A stretch of 35,213 nt of DNA from a virus (Duplodnaviria; Caudoviricetes): positions 1-35,213 of IMG/VR virus record IMGVR_UViG_3300048670_000380, one strand, 5' to 3'. The notes beneath the pieces are model-generated. The model was given only the letters and a program-made list of their open reading frames with translations, was not told where the DNA came from and did no database searches. Made by a program: the position numbers and the translations under genes. This document shows positions 9,501 through 18,122 of this stretch, one piece after another (the stretch's first letter is position 1; each line of letters starts with the position of its first letter).

Positions 9501-9940
9501 ACATAGTTCCTTGCACCATCTTGGTCAATAATTAGTGCCTGACGTTTAGGCTTGTCACTAAAACTAATGTGTACCCATCCACCACCGTATTTATCAAACT
9601 CGCGGATTACTTGGTCGTACTTGATTGGGCTACCGACGATAGCCCTAACAATGCGGTCTACGTTTCCAAAAGTAGGGCATGTAAAGTCCACAGCCTCTGC
9701 CTTTATGTGTTGACTTGTACTCTTTGAGCCTAATGCAGCATTAAGAGCAAGGCACCTGTAACCACTGCTAATGTGAATTGGATTAGACCGAAGAAGATTT
9801 CGAACTTCCTCAAGTCCGGCACAGGTTCTTTTTGCTGTTTCATATAATTCGATTGGTAAGTCGTTGTTTATGCCTAGCCTGGCGGCCTTCTGCGATTGGA
9901 TGAACTCTGCTAGAGTAAAGTATTTTGATAGTTGAGTCAT
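9497..9940 (-). CDS. Endolysin, peptidase M15A family
   Basis: LSKYFTLAEF, ISSGYRC..LN, SQH...AVD and WVHISF zinc-binding motifs. Confidence 0.9.
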   Translation of the reverse strand: MTQLSKYFTLAEFIQSQKAARLGINNDLPIELYETAKRTCAGLEEVRNLLRSNPIHISSGYRCLALNAALGSKSTSQHIKAEAVDFTCPTFGNVDRIVRAIVGSPIKYDQVIREFDKYGGGWVHISFSDKPKRQALIIDQDGARNYV

Positions 9941-10338
9941 CGCGCTACTAGCTCCTCACCTAAAAAGGTTTTTGTAGACCACAAGGGGTGGCAGTCGTGA
10001 ACTGCGTAGAACCCTACAGACTGAGTAAAAGGTTTCAAATTCACCTTCCATGGGCCCCACTCTTGGGAGCCTGCTTTGCTGGGCAAGCCTACAGAGTCGT
10101 CCATAAACACTACTTGCAAAGAATCCCCGTCCTCAGCTTCAGCATGAACGCCCAAGAACCGGCAGGACCTGACAGTGTGCATAAAGCCAGCCATACGCAG
10201 GCTTTGTCCCTCCAAGTCCTGCAGCAGTATGGTGTGTTGGGGGGACCACAGACGCACTACAGGGTAGAGCGACCCTTCCAACGCACCAAATACCAAGATT
10301 ATCAAGGTGGCTATAATCGGGTGGATGAGGCGACTCAT
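9937..10338 (-). CDS. Hypothetical membrane-anchored protein (lysis region)
   Basis: N-terminal hydrophobic helix; ATGA overlaps with both neighbours. Confidence 0.6.
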   Translation of the reverse strand: MSRLIHPIIATLIILVFGALEGSLYPVVRLWSPQHTILLQDLEGQSLRMAGFMHTVRSCRFLGVHAEAEDGDSLQVVFMDDSVGLPSKAGSQEWGPWKVNLKPFTQSVGFYAVHDCHPLWSTKTFLGEELVAR

Positions 10339-10706
10339 TTCTGTACCTCAATCTTTATGTAGGTCCAAACAGTTAGAGCGATAAAGCCCAAGACAACCCA
10401 CGACCCCGTCTTGAAGAGGTGTGTTACCACCTCCTCTTTTCGCTTCTTGATGGACTCAGCCCTCTCCATCGCCTGCTCGTGAAGCGTCCTATGTCCGTGC
10501 AGGTCGTCGTTAGGGAACCCCTTTACGGTGACCTCTACAGCGCTCTTTATGCCGCTGGCCAAGGCGGCCTCTAGCTTGTCAAAGCGGTTGTCGATATTGG
10601 CCTCTATCCTACCCAAGCGACCATCGAAAGACTGCCTCCAGAGTAGCGTGTCAGAGATTTCAACGGCGGCCTCTGGCGTTACTGGCGGCGGGGTAGGTGT
10701 GACCAT
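10335..10706 (-). CDS. Hypothetical protein with coiled coil and C-terminal TM helix
   Basis: C-terminal SWVVLGFIALTVWTYI; overlaps its neighbours in the operon. Confidence 0.65.
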   Translation of the reverse strand: MVTPTPPPVTPEAAVEISDTLLWRQSFDGRLGRIEANIDNRFDKLEAALASGIKSAVEVTVKGFPNDDLHGHRTLHEQAMERAESIKKRKEEVVTHLFKTGSWVVLGFIALTVWTYIKIEVQK

Positions 10707-10975
10707 ATAATCAGCAAGCAGTTAAACATGACTGTGGTATTAAAAGCAGTCCAGACGTACTCTACAAAAGGAGAGCCAGTATCTAAGCCCGCGAACAGAG
10801 ACTGAATCCAGTTACTTTGAGCCACGATTAGCAAGAAGCAGTACGTCACTGCGACACAGAGTATCCACTTGTCGATCATCCTGCGCGGGTTTTGGTAAAC
10901 CAAGACCAGCCCTACAAGCGAGAACAAGGCCATCACAAGTGGGATAAACTCGAATAAAGCTCTTACTGTGCTCAT
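10679..10975 (-). CDS. Hypothetical three-TM membrane protein
   Basis: Three hydrophobic segments; ATGA overlap with the upstream gene. Confidence 0.6.
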   Translation of the reverse strand: MSTVRALFEFIPLVMALFSLVGLVLVYQNPRRMIDKWILCVAVTYCFLLIVAQSNWIQSLFAGLDTGSPFVEYVWTAFNTTVMFNCLLIIWSHLPRRQ

Positions 10976-11157
10976 TTTTCTGACACCGGCTGAGTAGTGA
11001 TGATGCGCAGCAACGTGATAGCTACGCTGATGGCAATACCAACGAACATCTGCTCAACTTGGGTCAAGGGCAGCAGGCCGACGTAGCCTTGCAGAATGGA
11101 AAGCACCGCTAGTGCTAGGGCGAACTGAACAGTCCGGGATTTTAGTAATTGGAACAT
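10972..11157 (-). CDS. Small two-TM holin-like protein
   Basis: Start moved to ATG 11157: MFQLLKSRTVQFALALAVL...LLRIITTQPVSEK, a two-TM pattern common in phage lysis regions. Confidence 0.65.
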   Translation of the reverse strand: MFQLLKSRTVQFALALAVLSILQGYVGLLPLTQVEQMFVGIAISVAITLLRIITTQPVSEK

Positions 11158-11197
11158 CGCAAGGGCCTTGTGATTTGGGTTATGCGAAGCATAAAGC

Positions 11198-11232
11198 AAA
11201 ACCTGCAGCTCCCTTGGGGGGTGCTGCAGGTT
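11198..11232 (-). terminator. Intrinsic terminator between the tail and lysis modules
   Basis: Minus strand AACCTGCAGC...GCTGCAGGTT followed by TT. Confidence 0.6.
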
Positions 11233-11249
11233 CTGATGAGATTGGCAGT

Positions 11250-11462
11250 TTATCTCAGTTCGGGAGGACATTGATTCCTCGTGCGCTCACTTAAGTAGCT
11301 CTGCCTGCAGTGGTCTTCATCGAACCAAAGCAGAGTGTCGATGACCTTGGCCAGCCTTGGATTGGTGCGGTGGGCACGACTGCTGATTGTCTCGTCAGCC
11401 CACCCACCCGCTAGGGTATTTACAAGCTGGTCAACAGCAATTGCAAACTGTTTTAGACTCAT
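11250..11462 (-). CDS. Conserved small phage protein
   Basis: IAVDQLVNTL.GG..DETISSRA...HC..SY..E pattern, commonly found after tail-fibre genes. Confidence 0.75.
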   Translation of the reverse strand: MSLKQFAIAVDQLVNTLAGGWADETISSRAHRTNPRLAKVIDTLLWFDEDHCRQSYLSERTRNQCPPELR

Positions 11463-11854
11463 AGTTCAGGTACTACTTCAGGTACTACTTCTAACTCTGG
11501 CTCTGGCGCAAGGGTTGGCTCCACATACGGATGGCGCAAGTCCCACACCGCCTGAGCTTCTGCACTTAGGGTCTTGCCTTCGGAGTCCGCCTCGAAGTCC
11601 ATCACCTCAAGCAACAAGGCCATGTCAGCCCTTGCCTGAGCGTTAGCCAAGGCTTGAGCCTCCGTTACCACCTGTACCAAGCCTATTTCCTGCATCTCTT
11701 CTGCTGTAGCAGTCCGCATACCTGCAATGTGACCGAGCATGATAGTTTGCAATTCCGTCTGTCTCTGAGGTGACACCTGAGAAGCTATTACGGTACGTCC
11801 GTGAGACAGAATATCTGCCTCACTCCATACGTCATTTTTTAGAAAGTCAATCAT
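11459..11854 (-). CDS. Hypothetical protein, possibly a tail-fibre accessory/chaperone
   Basis: Directly downstream of the adhesin gene; helical with an acidic Pro/Glu tail. Confidence 0.6.
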   Translation of the reverse strand: MIDFLKNDVWSEADILSHGRTVIASQVSPQRQTELQTIMLGHIAGMRTATAEEMQEIGLVQVVTEAQALANAQARADMALLLEVMDFEADSEGKTLSAEAQAVWDLRHPYVEPTLAPEPELEVVPEVVPEL

Positions 11855-11856
11855 AG

Positions 11857-14598
11857 TTAAGCCCTAACACACATCAAAGAAATCCAGTCAGATACAGAAG
11901 CACCGACTGACAAGGTAGTAGTCTCTTGGAATCCGTCATTAGAGCGAGTCCAATAGGTTCCAGTAGTAGTCTCACGCATCAATGTGCCGTTCTTGTAGAG
12001 CGCCTTGACAGTAAAGCCCTTGGGAGCTACGAACGCTGTCTGCGATGCCGTAGCAGTGTAGTCAAAGAACACAGGCAAGCGACCAAGTGCCCTGCGGGCA
12101 ATCTCCTTGCGGCGCAATTCGTCACGCAGGTTGAGCGCAGGAGCGTACACGCGAGCACTTGTCGAGCCTCCTGTAATGACCGTACCCTCGAAGGCTGCAA
12201 CGGTTGTAGAAGTGCCCACTGCCAGTGTGTCGCTCTCTACACGAAGCAAGTCAATAAAGCCACTGCGATTGCCTGCTGTTGTGACGTGCAGTTCATTGGT
12301 AGCTTCATCGTAAGACATTGCAGTCACTGAAGAAGTAGTACCTGCTAGGGTGCATTGTGCGTTAGGTTGGAACAGTGGGAGCTCGGTTCTGTAGATGTGT
12401 GCGATCTGGTCTGCGCTGGGGGCAGTGGCGGAGATGCGCCAGAGGGCTAGACGGTCAGCAGGTCCACCAGCTAGACCTGTTGAGTAGTAACCCCTACCAA
12501 TGTACAAACTATCAGAAGTACCCAAGGTCATGGAATTGGTATTTGCAACAGAACTAGCAAGTACACCATTTACATAACCATACAATACTCCGCCTGTACG
12601 CACATAAGCAACAAAGTGGTTGGTATTGCTAGCTGCTGATAAAGTCAGTTGAACTCCAGCAAAAGCAGACTTTATTTGACTTGCTGTTTCATAAGTCCAA
12701 ATATCAACCACACCGTTACCTGTGATAGAGCCTAAAGGTCCACGGTGGATGATGGAGTGGTCTGTTCCGGCGTTGTACACCCAACCCATGTAGCAAAAAT
12801 CACCTGTACCAAAATCTAAGTTTGTACTGAATGGTTGCTCTAGGTAGTTAGATGTGGTCATACCAGAGTAAGCTACCAGCCCAGCACCACTTGCTACTGC
12901 GGTCTTGGTCAGTGTGCCGTTGATAACTAGGCCAGTGTTTTTAACACTGCGGTCTGGTTCGGCTAGTTTTACGGAGATGTCATCAAAAAGGGCAGTCCGT
13001 GAAGCAGTAATGTCGTTTGTGTAGAGCGTTACAAACGTACTTGTTGTTGTTGCAACAAACGTCAACGAGTAAGTCCCCATCCCTGTTTGCGTCGCAAGGG
13101 CCGGACTTCCGATCGAAGTTCCTACCCTAACGGTCGCAGAGCCGGAAGTCCCTGCAATAGCTGTGTAGGTAAGTACATAGCTTCTACCCGCGACTGTCGT
13201 AATGTTCAGGTAGGCTGCTCCAGAGTTTGCCCCTGTGCCATCGTTGGTAATGAGCAGTCGGTTTGTGCTTACCGAGAGAATGCCGCCTTGATAGGCACTC
13301 CAAGCGCCTACCGTGCCGCCAGCGAAGTCTGAGCTATCGCCAGTAATAAGACTCGTGGCCGTAATAGTCTCAACCACGCTATCCGCAAGGTAAGCACCGC
13401 GAATGTCGCCGGGGAGCCAGCCTGAGTTATAGGCGTTGGTGATGTAGGCCACCATGCCTGCGGCCTGAGTAGTAGGGTTTCGGCGCAGTAGGTTTAAGGC
13501 ATTCGGGCCACCAACAGCAACGGTACTGTTCGCGCAGGCTACCAAAGCCCCGGTAGGACCTCCCGTTGATAACGTGGGTATGCTCAAATTCGTTGTCGGG
13601 GCATACATTGCCAATCTCTGGCTATCGGTAGCGTCCATAGTGGCTATGGTGTGCGAGGTCATAGTACGCAGGCTGTATTCAGCTAAGTACCTTCCAGAGT
13701 TTGATATGGAGTAAGCAAACCTATCACCAACAATTGACACTGAGGTCGCAGCATTGGCGGTAAGCGTGAGTGATGCCACTGTTCCGTCGTCACGGATAAC
13801 TGATACCCCGCCAGTACCACCACTCCCGCACGCCACAGCAATCGTAGGCACTGGCAAACCCGTCGCTGGGTCAGTGGGGGCGGTGTCTAGGACTGTGATG
13901 GCTACATCGTTGACTACCTGATTGACGATTGCTGGAATTACCCCACTTACTACTGGGCCAGTTGCCGCGTTTCGGTTGGCAATCCGGTTGGCGTTATATA
14001 AGTTGCCATTTGCATTCCTAAAACGGGTGTAATCAGAGGCAAAGTCAGCTTGTGCTAAGTGAAGAACCGAGCCAACCACTAATTGACCGTTAAGAGCATT
14101 AACAGTTGTTAGGCTTCCGTTATATAAAGTGCCGCCATTAGCTGCTACAAACACCATCCACATCGGATACCCCGGCTTGGTCATGTCATAACCCACTACT
14201 CGGCCCGCTTCAGCAACCCAAAGCACTGCATCGGGGTAGTCGCGGCTGATGCCACGGAATACCTCGGTAGCTGTAGTAGCGGAAGTAGCAACGTAGAACT
14301 TACCAGAGGTCAAGGGACCTGCCGTTGCAGTAGCCTGAAATACAGCACCCGGTAAGCTATTCGCAGCAGCCCAAGCAGCAGCAATAGATGCTTGCTGTCC
14401 AATCCACACTTCACCGCCTAGAGCTTCTGTGAACCAGCTTTTACCTTGGCACTGCTTGCGCCAAGCACCTCCGTCTGTGTGGCGGCTGCAATCGTCGATG
14501 ATTGCCTTGACTACAGCGCCGAAGTGCACGCTAGCAGTGACCTCATCAGATATTGTGAGGGGGCCATTTACTGCAAGGCCGTTATTAAAATCTGCCAT
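11857..14598 (-). CDS. Tail fibre/adhesin paralogue 2 (beta-rich, CBM-like and LamG-like domains)
   Basis: S/T/A/G-rich; CBM-like block ending FDDISVK; LamG-like DFGTGDFC..GW...YGYVNG...LYIG; shares motifs with 14601-18122. Confidence 0.75.
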   Translation of the reverse strand: MADFNNGLAVNGPLTISDEVTASVHFGAVVKAIIDDCSRHTDGGAWRKQCQGKSWFTEALGGEVWIGQQASIAAAWAAANSLPGAVFQATATAGPLTSGKFYVATSATTATEVFRGISRDYPDAVLWVAEAGRVVGYDMTKPGYPMWMVFVAANGGTLYNGSLTTVNALNGQLVVGSVLHLAQADFASDYTRFRNANGNLYNANRIANRNAATGPVVSGVIPAIVNQVVNDVAITVLDTAPTDPATGLPVPTIAVACGSGGTGGVSVIRDDGTVASLTLTANAATSVSIVGDRFAYSISNSGRYLAEYSLRTMTSHTIATMDATDSQRLAMYAPTTNLSIPTLSTGGPTGALVACANSTVAVGGPNALNLLRRNPTTQAAGMVAYITNAYNSGWLPGDIRGAYLADSVVETITATSLITGDSSDFAGGTVGAWSAYQGGILSVSTNRLLITNDGTGANSGAAYLNITTVAGRSYVLTYTAIAGTSGSATVRVGTSIGSPALATQTGMGTYSLTFVATTTSTFVTLYTNDITASRTALFDDISVKLAEPDRSVKNTGLVINGTLTKTAVASGAGLVAYSGMTTSNYLEQPFSTNLDFGTGDFCYMGWVYNAGTDHSIIHRGPLGSITGNGVVDIWTYETASQIKSAFAGVQLTLSAASNTNHFVAYVRTGGVLYGYVNGVLASSVANTNSMTLGTSDSLYIGRGYYSTGLAGGPADRLALWRISATAPSADQIAHIYRTELPLFQPNAQCTLAGTTSSVTAMSYDEATNELHVTTAGNRSGFIDLLRVESDTLAVGTSTTVAAFEGTVITGGSTSARVYAPALNLRDELRRKEIARRALGRLPVFFDYTATASQTAFVAPKGFTVKALYKNGTLMRETTTGTYWTRSNDGFQETTTLSVGASVSDWISLMCVRA
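12407..12450. repeat. 44-bp exact direct repeat, copy 1 (copy 2 at 15127-15170)
   Basis: TGGTCTGCGCTGGGGGCAGTGGCGGAGATGCGCCAGAGGGCTAG occurs in both adhesin genes. Confidence 0.9.
13865..13905. repeat. 41-bp exact direct repeat, copy 1 (copy 2 at 16627-16667)
   Basis: GCTGGGTCAGTGGGGGCGGTGTCTAGGACTGTGATGGCTAC occurs in both adhesin genes. Confidence 0.9.
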
Positions 14599-14600
14599 GT

Positions 14601-17600
14601 TTATTCCTTAATCTGTAAAAGTGTTACTTCAGTGCGACTAGCTAACTTGTCTGTTGTAGTCACAGTGTAGCGAAAGCCATCGTAAGTAACGGTGTAGTCA
14701 ACTCCGGGCTTCTTGAGCATCCCTCGGATGTAAACCCCAACGATTTTAACCCCAGCTTGTGACAAAAACACCTGTTGGTCTTTGACGCTGAATTGCTGAT
14801 ATGGCTGAGGCTGTGCAGACCCCTGCGAGGGCTTCGCAAGTTCATCACGCAGGACCAATGCAGGTGCATAGACCCGAGCACTTGTACCGCCCGTCAGGAT
14901 AGTCCCTTCATTTGCGGAGAGACTTGTGATTGCACCTGCTGTGGTAGCTTCTGAGGCTACGCGCAGTAAGTCATGGAACTCACTTCGACCCCAAGATGTA
15001 CCTACGTGTAGTTCGTCCGCTACTTTGTCATAAGCCAGTGCGGTTACTGTCGTTGATGTGCCAGCGATGGTGCATTGAGCGCCAGCTTGGAATAGCGGTA
15101 GTTCGGTGCGGTAAATGTGAGCGATTTGGTCTGCGCTGGGGGCAGTGGCGGAGATGCGCCAGAGGGCTAGGGAGCCTAAAAATGGGTTTGATGCAGTGTG
15201 ATCTACACCAAGCCTAAACACCGCTGTAGCATTATTAAATGTGAGTGCCGGAGCTGTAGCCGTAGCGACCTGAGTAGCATTTACACTAAGATACATTACT
15301 GCCCCTTGTTTGTAGCAAACTACAAACGTAGGTGTAGATAGCACAGCAGTGCCACCAGATATAGGTACAGATGTAGTTCCGTCTGTAACGTTGAAGTTGA
15401 TTAACCCTGTGGTTGCTGACACATACGAGTAAAAGCGAGAACCTGTAGCACCTGAGTTCTGCCGCCCAAATAGGTAGCCTAGTGAAGCTAGAGAGCTTGG
15501 TGTTACCCACCCCATCACACAGAAGTCACCCGTACCAAAATCTAAGTTCGAGTTGTAAGGCTGCTCTAAGTAATTCGATGCAGAGAATCCAGAATAAGCT
15601 ACCAGCCCTGCACCGCTTGCTACTGCTGTTTTTGTTAGCGTACCGTTTACAATTAAGCCGTTGTTCTTGACTGAGCGGTCTGGTTCAGCTAGTTTTACGG
15701 AGATGTTGTCGAAGTCTACTGAACATCCCGCAGTCCCCCACACACCAAGTACCACAGATGTTGTTGTACTGGTAGCAACGTAGTCTAAGTAATAAGTGCC
15801 AGCCGCAAGATTTGGTAGGCTCCAGTTTGATACGTTAGTTTGTGTCCCAGCAACTACCTGTACACCGCCTCTATCCGTTCCTGCATTTCCTGTCGCAGTT
15901 ATTGTGAATACGAATTTATATGTCCTACCGACAACAGTTGATATCGTCTGACCACAAGAAGCATCCGTAACGGTGCCTACGATTCGCATGGACCCAGAAA
16001 CCACAGACAGCGTAGTATTTGCTTTTGGGGTCCACCCACTCGTATCTGTAGCAAACGTCCCATTCGTCACTAACTCACCACTAGCAGTGACAGTCTCAGC
16101 AGTCGTATCCGCAAGGTAAGCACCCCTTGAGTCGCCCACTTGCCAGCCTGAGTTGTAAGTGTTGGTGATGGCGGCAGTTAACCCTTTTGCAGGGGTAGAT
16201 GGATTACGTTTAGCAAAGAATACACCATAGTCATTAGACAACACTAAGCGCCTATCATTCGGGACTATCACCCCCTTACCTAGAGTTATAGTGGAAACCA
16301 TATTACCCTGATTAGCAAGGGTTAAATCCAGATTACTGTAACTTGGGTTATAGTAAGCGGAGTAGAATTCCTTAGCTGACCCCTTTACATAGGATGCGGA
16401 ATCATTGATGCTGCTGCTTGGTATATCAAAGACATGCCATAAGAAATTACGATTATTGCCAACATTGTCACCACCGAAAAATACCTGCTTATTTGGTCCA
16501 TCTAGTGATACTACATTAACACGAGTATCTGTTGTGTATGTAATATTGACGACCGTCCCATCGTCTTTAATAATAGAAAGACCACCAGTCGTAGCCACAG
16601 CAACAGTAGGCACGGGCAAGCCTGTTGCTGGGTCAGTGGGGGCGGTGTCTAGGACTGTGATGGCTACGTCATTAGCCGAAAGATTCACAAGACCGGCGGA
16701 CGAATATTGATACCCGCTATCTGCGTTATTGCGGCGGCTGATGTTGCCTTTGAAGCGCCATGTGTTTAAGCGGGTTGAGTCACTTATGCGGTCTGTGAAC
16801 TCTGTAATGAAGTTAATAACTCTCAAGCCTTGGCCATTACCTGACGTATTTTGGGCAACGTACAAAACGCCATTTAAGGCTGCAATGGATGCGATGTAGT
16901 TATTGGGTGAGCCAGTCGATTGGTCAAAGGAGAGTAGGCCGTTTAGAACCACATCACCACTAACAAATACCATCCACATTGGGCAGCTTGCTTGCGTCAA
17001 GTCGTATATGACTATGCGCAAAGACTCAGCAACGATAGCAGCCAGCGCAGGAAACTCGCGGCTGATGCCACGGCGTACCTCAGTCACACCAGACGTTGAT
17101 ACCGTCTTGTAGAACTTACCGTCAGCGGTTGACTGATACAGCAAGTTAGACGTATCAATTGCGGAGTCAGCTAGCTTTACGGAGATGTTGTCAAAGTCTG
17201 CATAGTGCCCATTAGTAGCATTAAGTAGCACACTAATATAGCTGGTTGTACTTGTCGCTACAAAAGTAAATGTAGAACTTGTGACACTAGACAGTGGTCC
17301 ACTATTAGTACCTAATTGATTACCTCCTGCTGTCGTACCTGCGTAAAAGAACCACGAGCTATTAGTGCCTGCTGTCTGCTCGGCATAAGCTAAGTAAGTC
17401 CTACCTACCTCTGTAGTGATTGCCTGATAAGCTATACCATTTAAGGCTGCTGTATTAGTCAGGCGAAGTTTACCAGAGACAGCCGACAAGGTAGCACTGT
17501 TACCTAGAGTCCACCCTGTTGTAGTTGTAGCAAAAGTCCCATTCGTCACTAAGTTAGGACTAGCCGTGGAGCCAAAAGACCCACGAGCCACCGCTTCACT

Positions 17601-18122
17601 AGGTTGCTGTCCTAGCCATGTACTGCCACCAAGTGTCTCGTTGTACCATGACTTATCCTGCATACGCTTGCGCCATGCACCACCGTCACTATCTTTTGAG
17701 GTGTCATAGATGATGCTTTTTACTACAGTACCAACGTGCAAGGACTTACTGATTGCTGAAAGTTGCTCAGTAGGTGCTGTTGATGCTGCCCACGCTGCGA
17801 TGGCTGCGTCACGGGCAGTAGTGGCAGCCAGAGAGCTGGCCGACGCTGCAGCCATAGCAGACGCCGCCGTAGCAGCCGACGCCGCAGCCGCAGCCGCGTT
17901 GGCGATTGGGTTTGCAGAAGTCACCACAGCCGCAGCAACCACAGCTGCTGCCGACTTGGTGGTAACATCAGTCGCCAGCGCGTTGTTCTCCGTGTTCTGC
18001 GCGTTCATGGCGTCCACAGCCGTGGGCAGCCAAGCGTGGTAGGCATCAGCCCTTGCAGCGAAGTTGGGCGTATCCACACGACTTGGTGCGGGTGTGGTGT
18101 TAATTGGGATAAGTACGGTCAT
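14601..18122 (-). CDS. Tail fibre/adhesin paralogue 1 (N-terminal anchor, two CBM-like domains, LamG-like domain)
   Basis: PAPSR.DTPNFAARADA N-terminus with Ala-rich coiled coil; two LVTNGTFAT.T.GWT...DFDNISVK units; LamG-like C-terminal part. Confidence 0.8.
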   Translation of the reverse strand: MTVLIPINTTPAPSRVDTPNFAARADAYHAWLPTAVDAMNAQNTENNALATDVTTKSAAAVVAAAVVTSANPIANAAAAAASAATAASAMAAASASSLAATTARDAAIAAWAASTAPTEQLSAISKSLHVGTVVKSIIYDTSKDSDGGAWRKRMQDKSWYNETLGGSTWLGQQPSEAVARGSFGSTASPNLVTNGTFATTTTGWTLGNSATLSAVSGKLRLTNTAALNGIAYQAITTEVGRTYLAYAEQTAGTNSSWFFYAGTTAGGNQLGTNSGPLSSVTSSTFTFVATSTTSYISVLLNATNGHYADFDNISVKLADSAIDTSNLLYQSTADGKFYKTVSTSGVTEVRRGISREFPALAAIVAESLRIVIYDLTQASCPMWMVFVSGDVVLNGLLSFDQSTGSPNNYIASIAALNGVLYVAQNTSGNGQGLRVINFITEFTDRISDSTRLNTWRFKGNISRRNNADSGYQYSSAGLVNLSANDVAITVLDTAPTDPATGLPVPTVAVATTGGLSIIKDDGTVVNITYTTDTRVNVVSLDGPNKQVFFGGDNVGNNRNFLWHVFDIPSSSINDSASYVKGSAKEFYSAYYNPSYSNLDLTLANQGNMVSTITLGKGVIVPNDRRLVLSNDYGVFFAKRNPSTPAKGLTAAITNTYNSGWQVGDSRGAYLADTTAETVTASGELVTNGTFATDTSGWTPKANTTLSVVSGSMRIVGTVTDASCGQTISTVVGRTYKFVFTITATGNAGTDRGGVQVVAGTQTNVSNWSLPNLAAGTYYLDYVATSTTTSVVLGVWGTAGCSVDFDNISVKLAEPDRSVKNNGLIVNGTLTKTAVASGAGLVAYSGFSASNYLEQPYNSNLDFGTGDFCVMGWVTPSSLASLGYLFGRQNSGATGSRFYSYVSATTGLINFNVTDGTTSVPISGGTAVLSTPTFVVCYKQGAVMYLSVNATQVATATAPALTFNNATAVFRLGVDHTASNPFLGSLALWRISATAPSADQIAHIYRTELPLFQAGAQCTIAGTSTTVTALAYDKVADELHVGTSWGRSEFHDLLRVASEATTAGAITSLSANEGTILTGGTSARVYAPALVLRDELAKPSQGSAQPQPYQQFSVKDQQVFLSQAGVKIVGVYIRGMLKKPGVDYTVTYDGFRYTVTTTDKLASRTEVTLLQIKE

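Noticed and set aside
11857-18122. Diversity-generating retroelement TR/VR pair in the adhesin repeats
   Set aside because: No reverse transcriptase in the window; both copies are coding, and the differences are not adenine-specific
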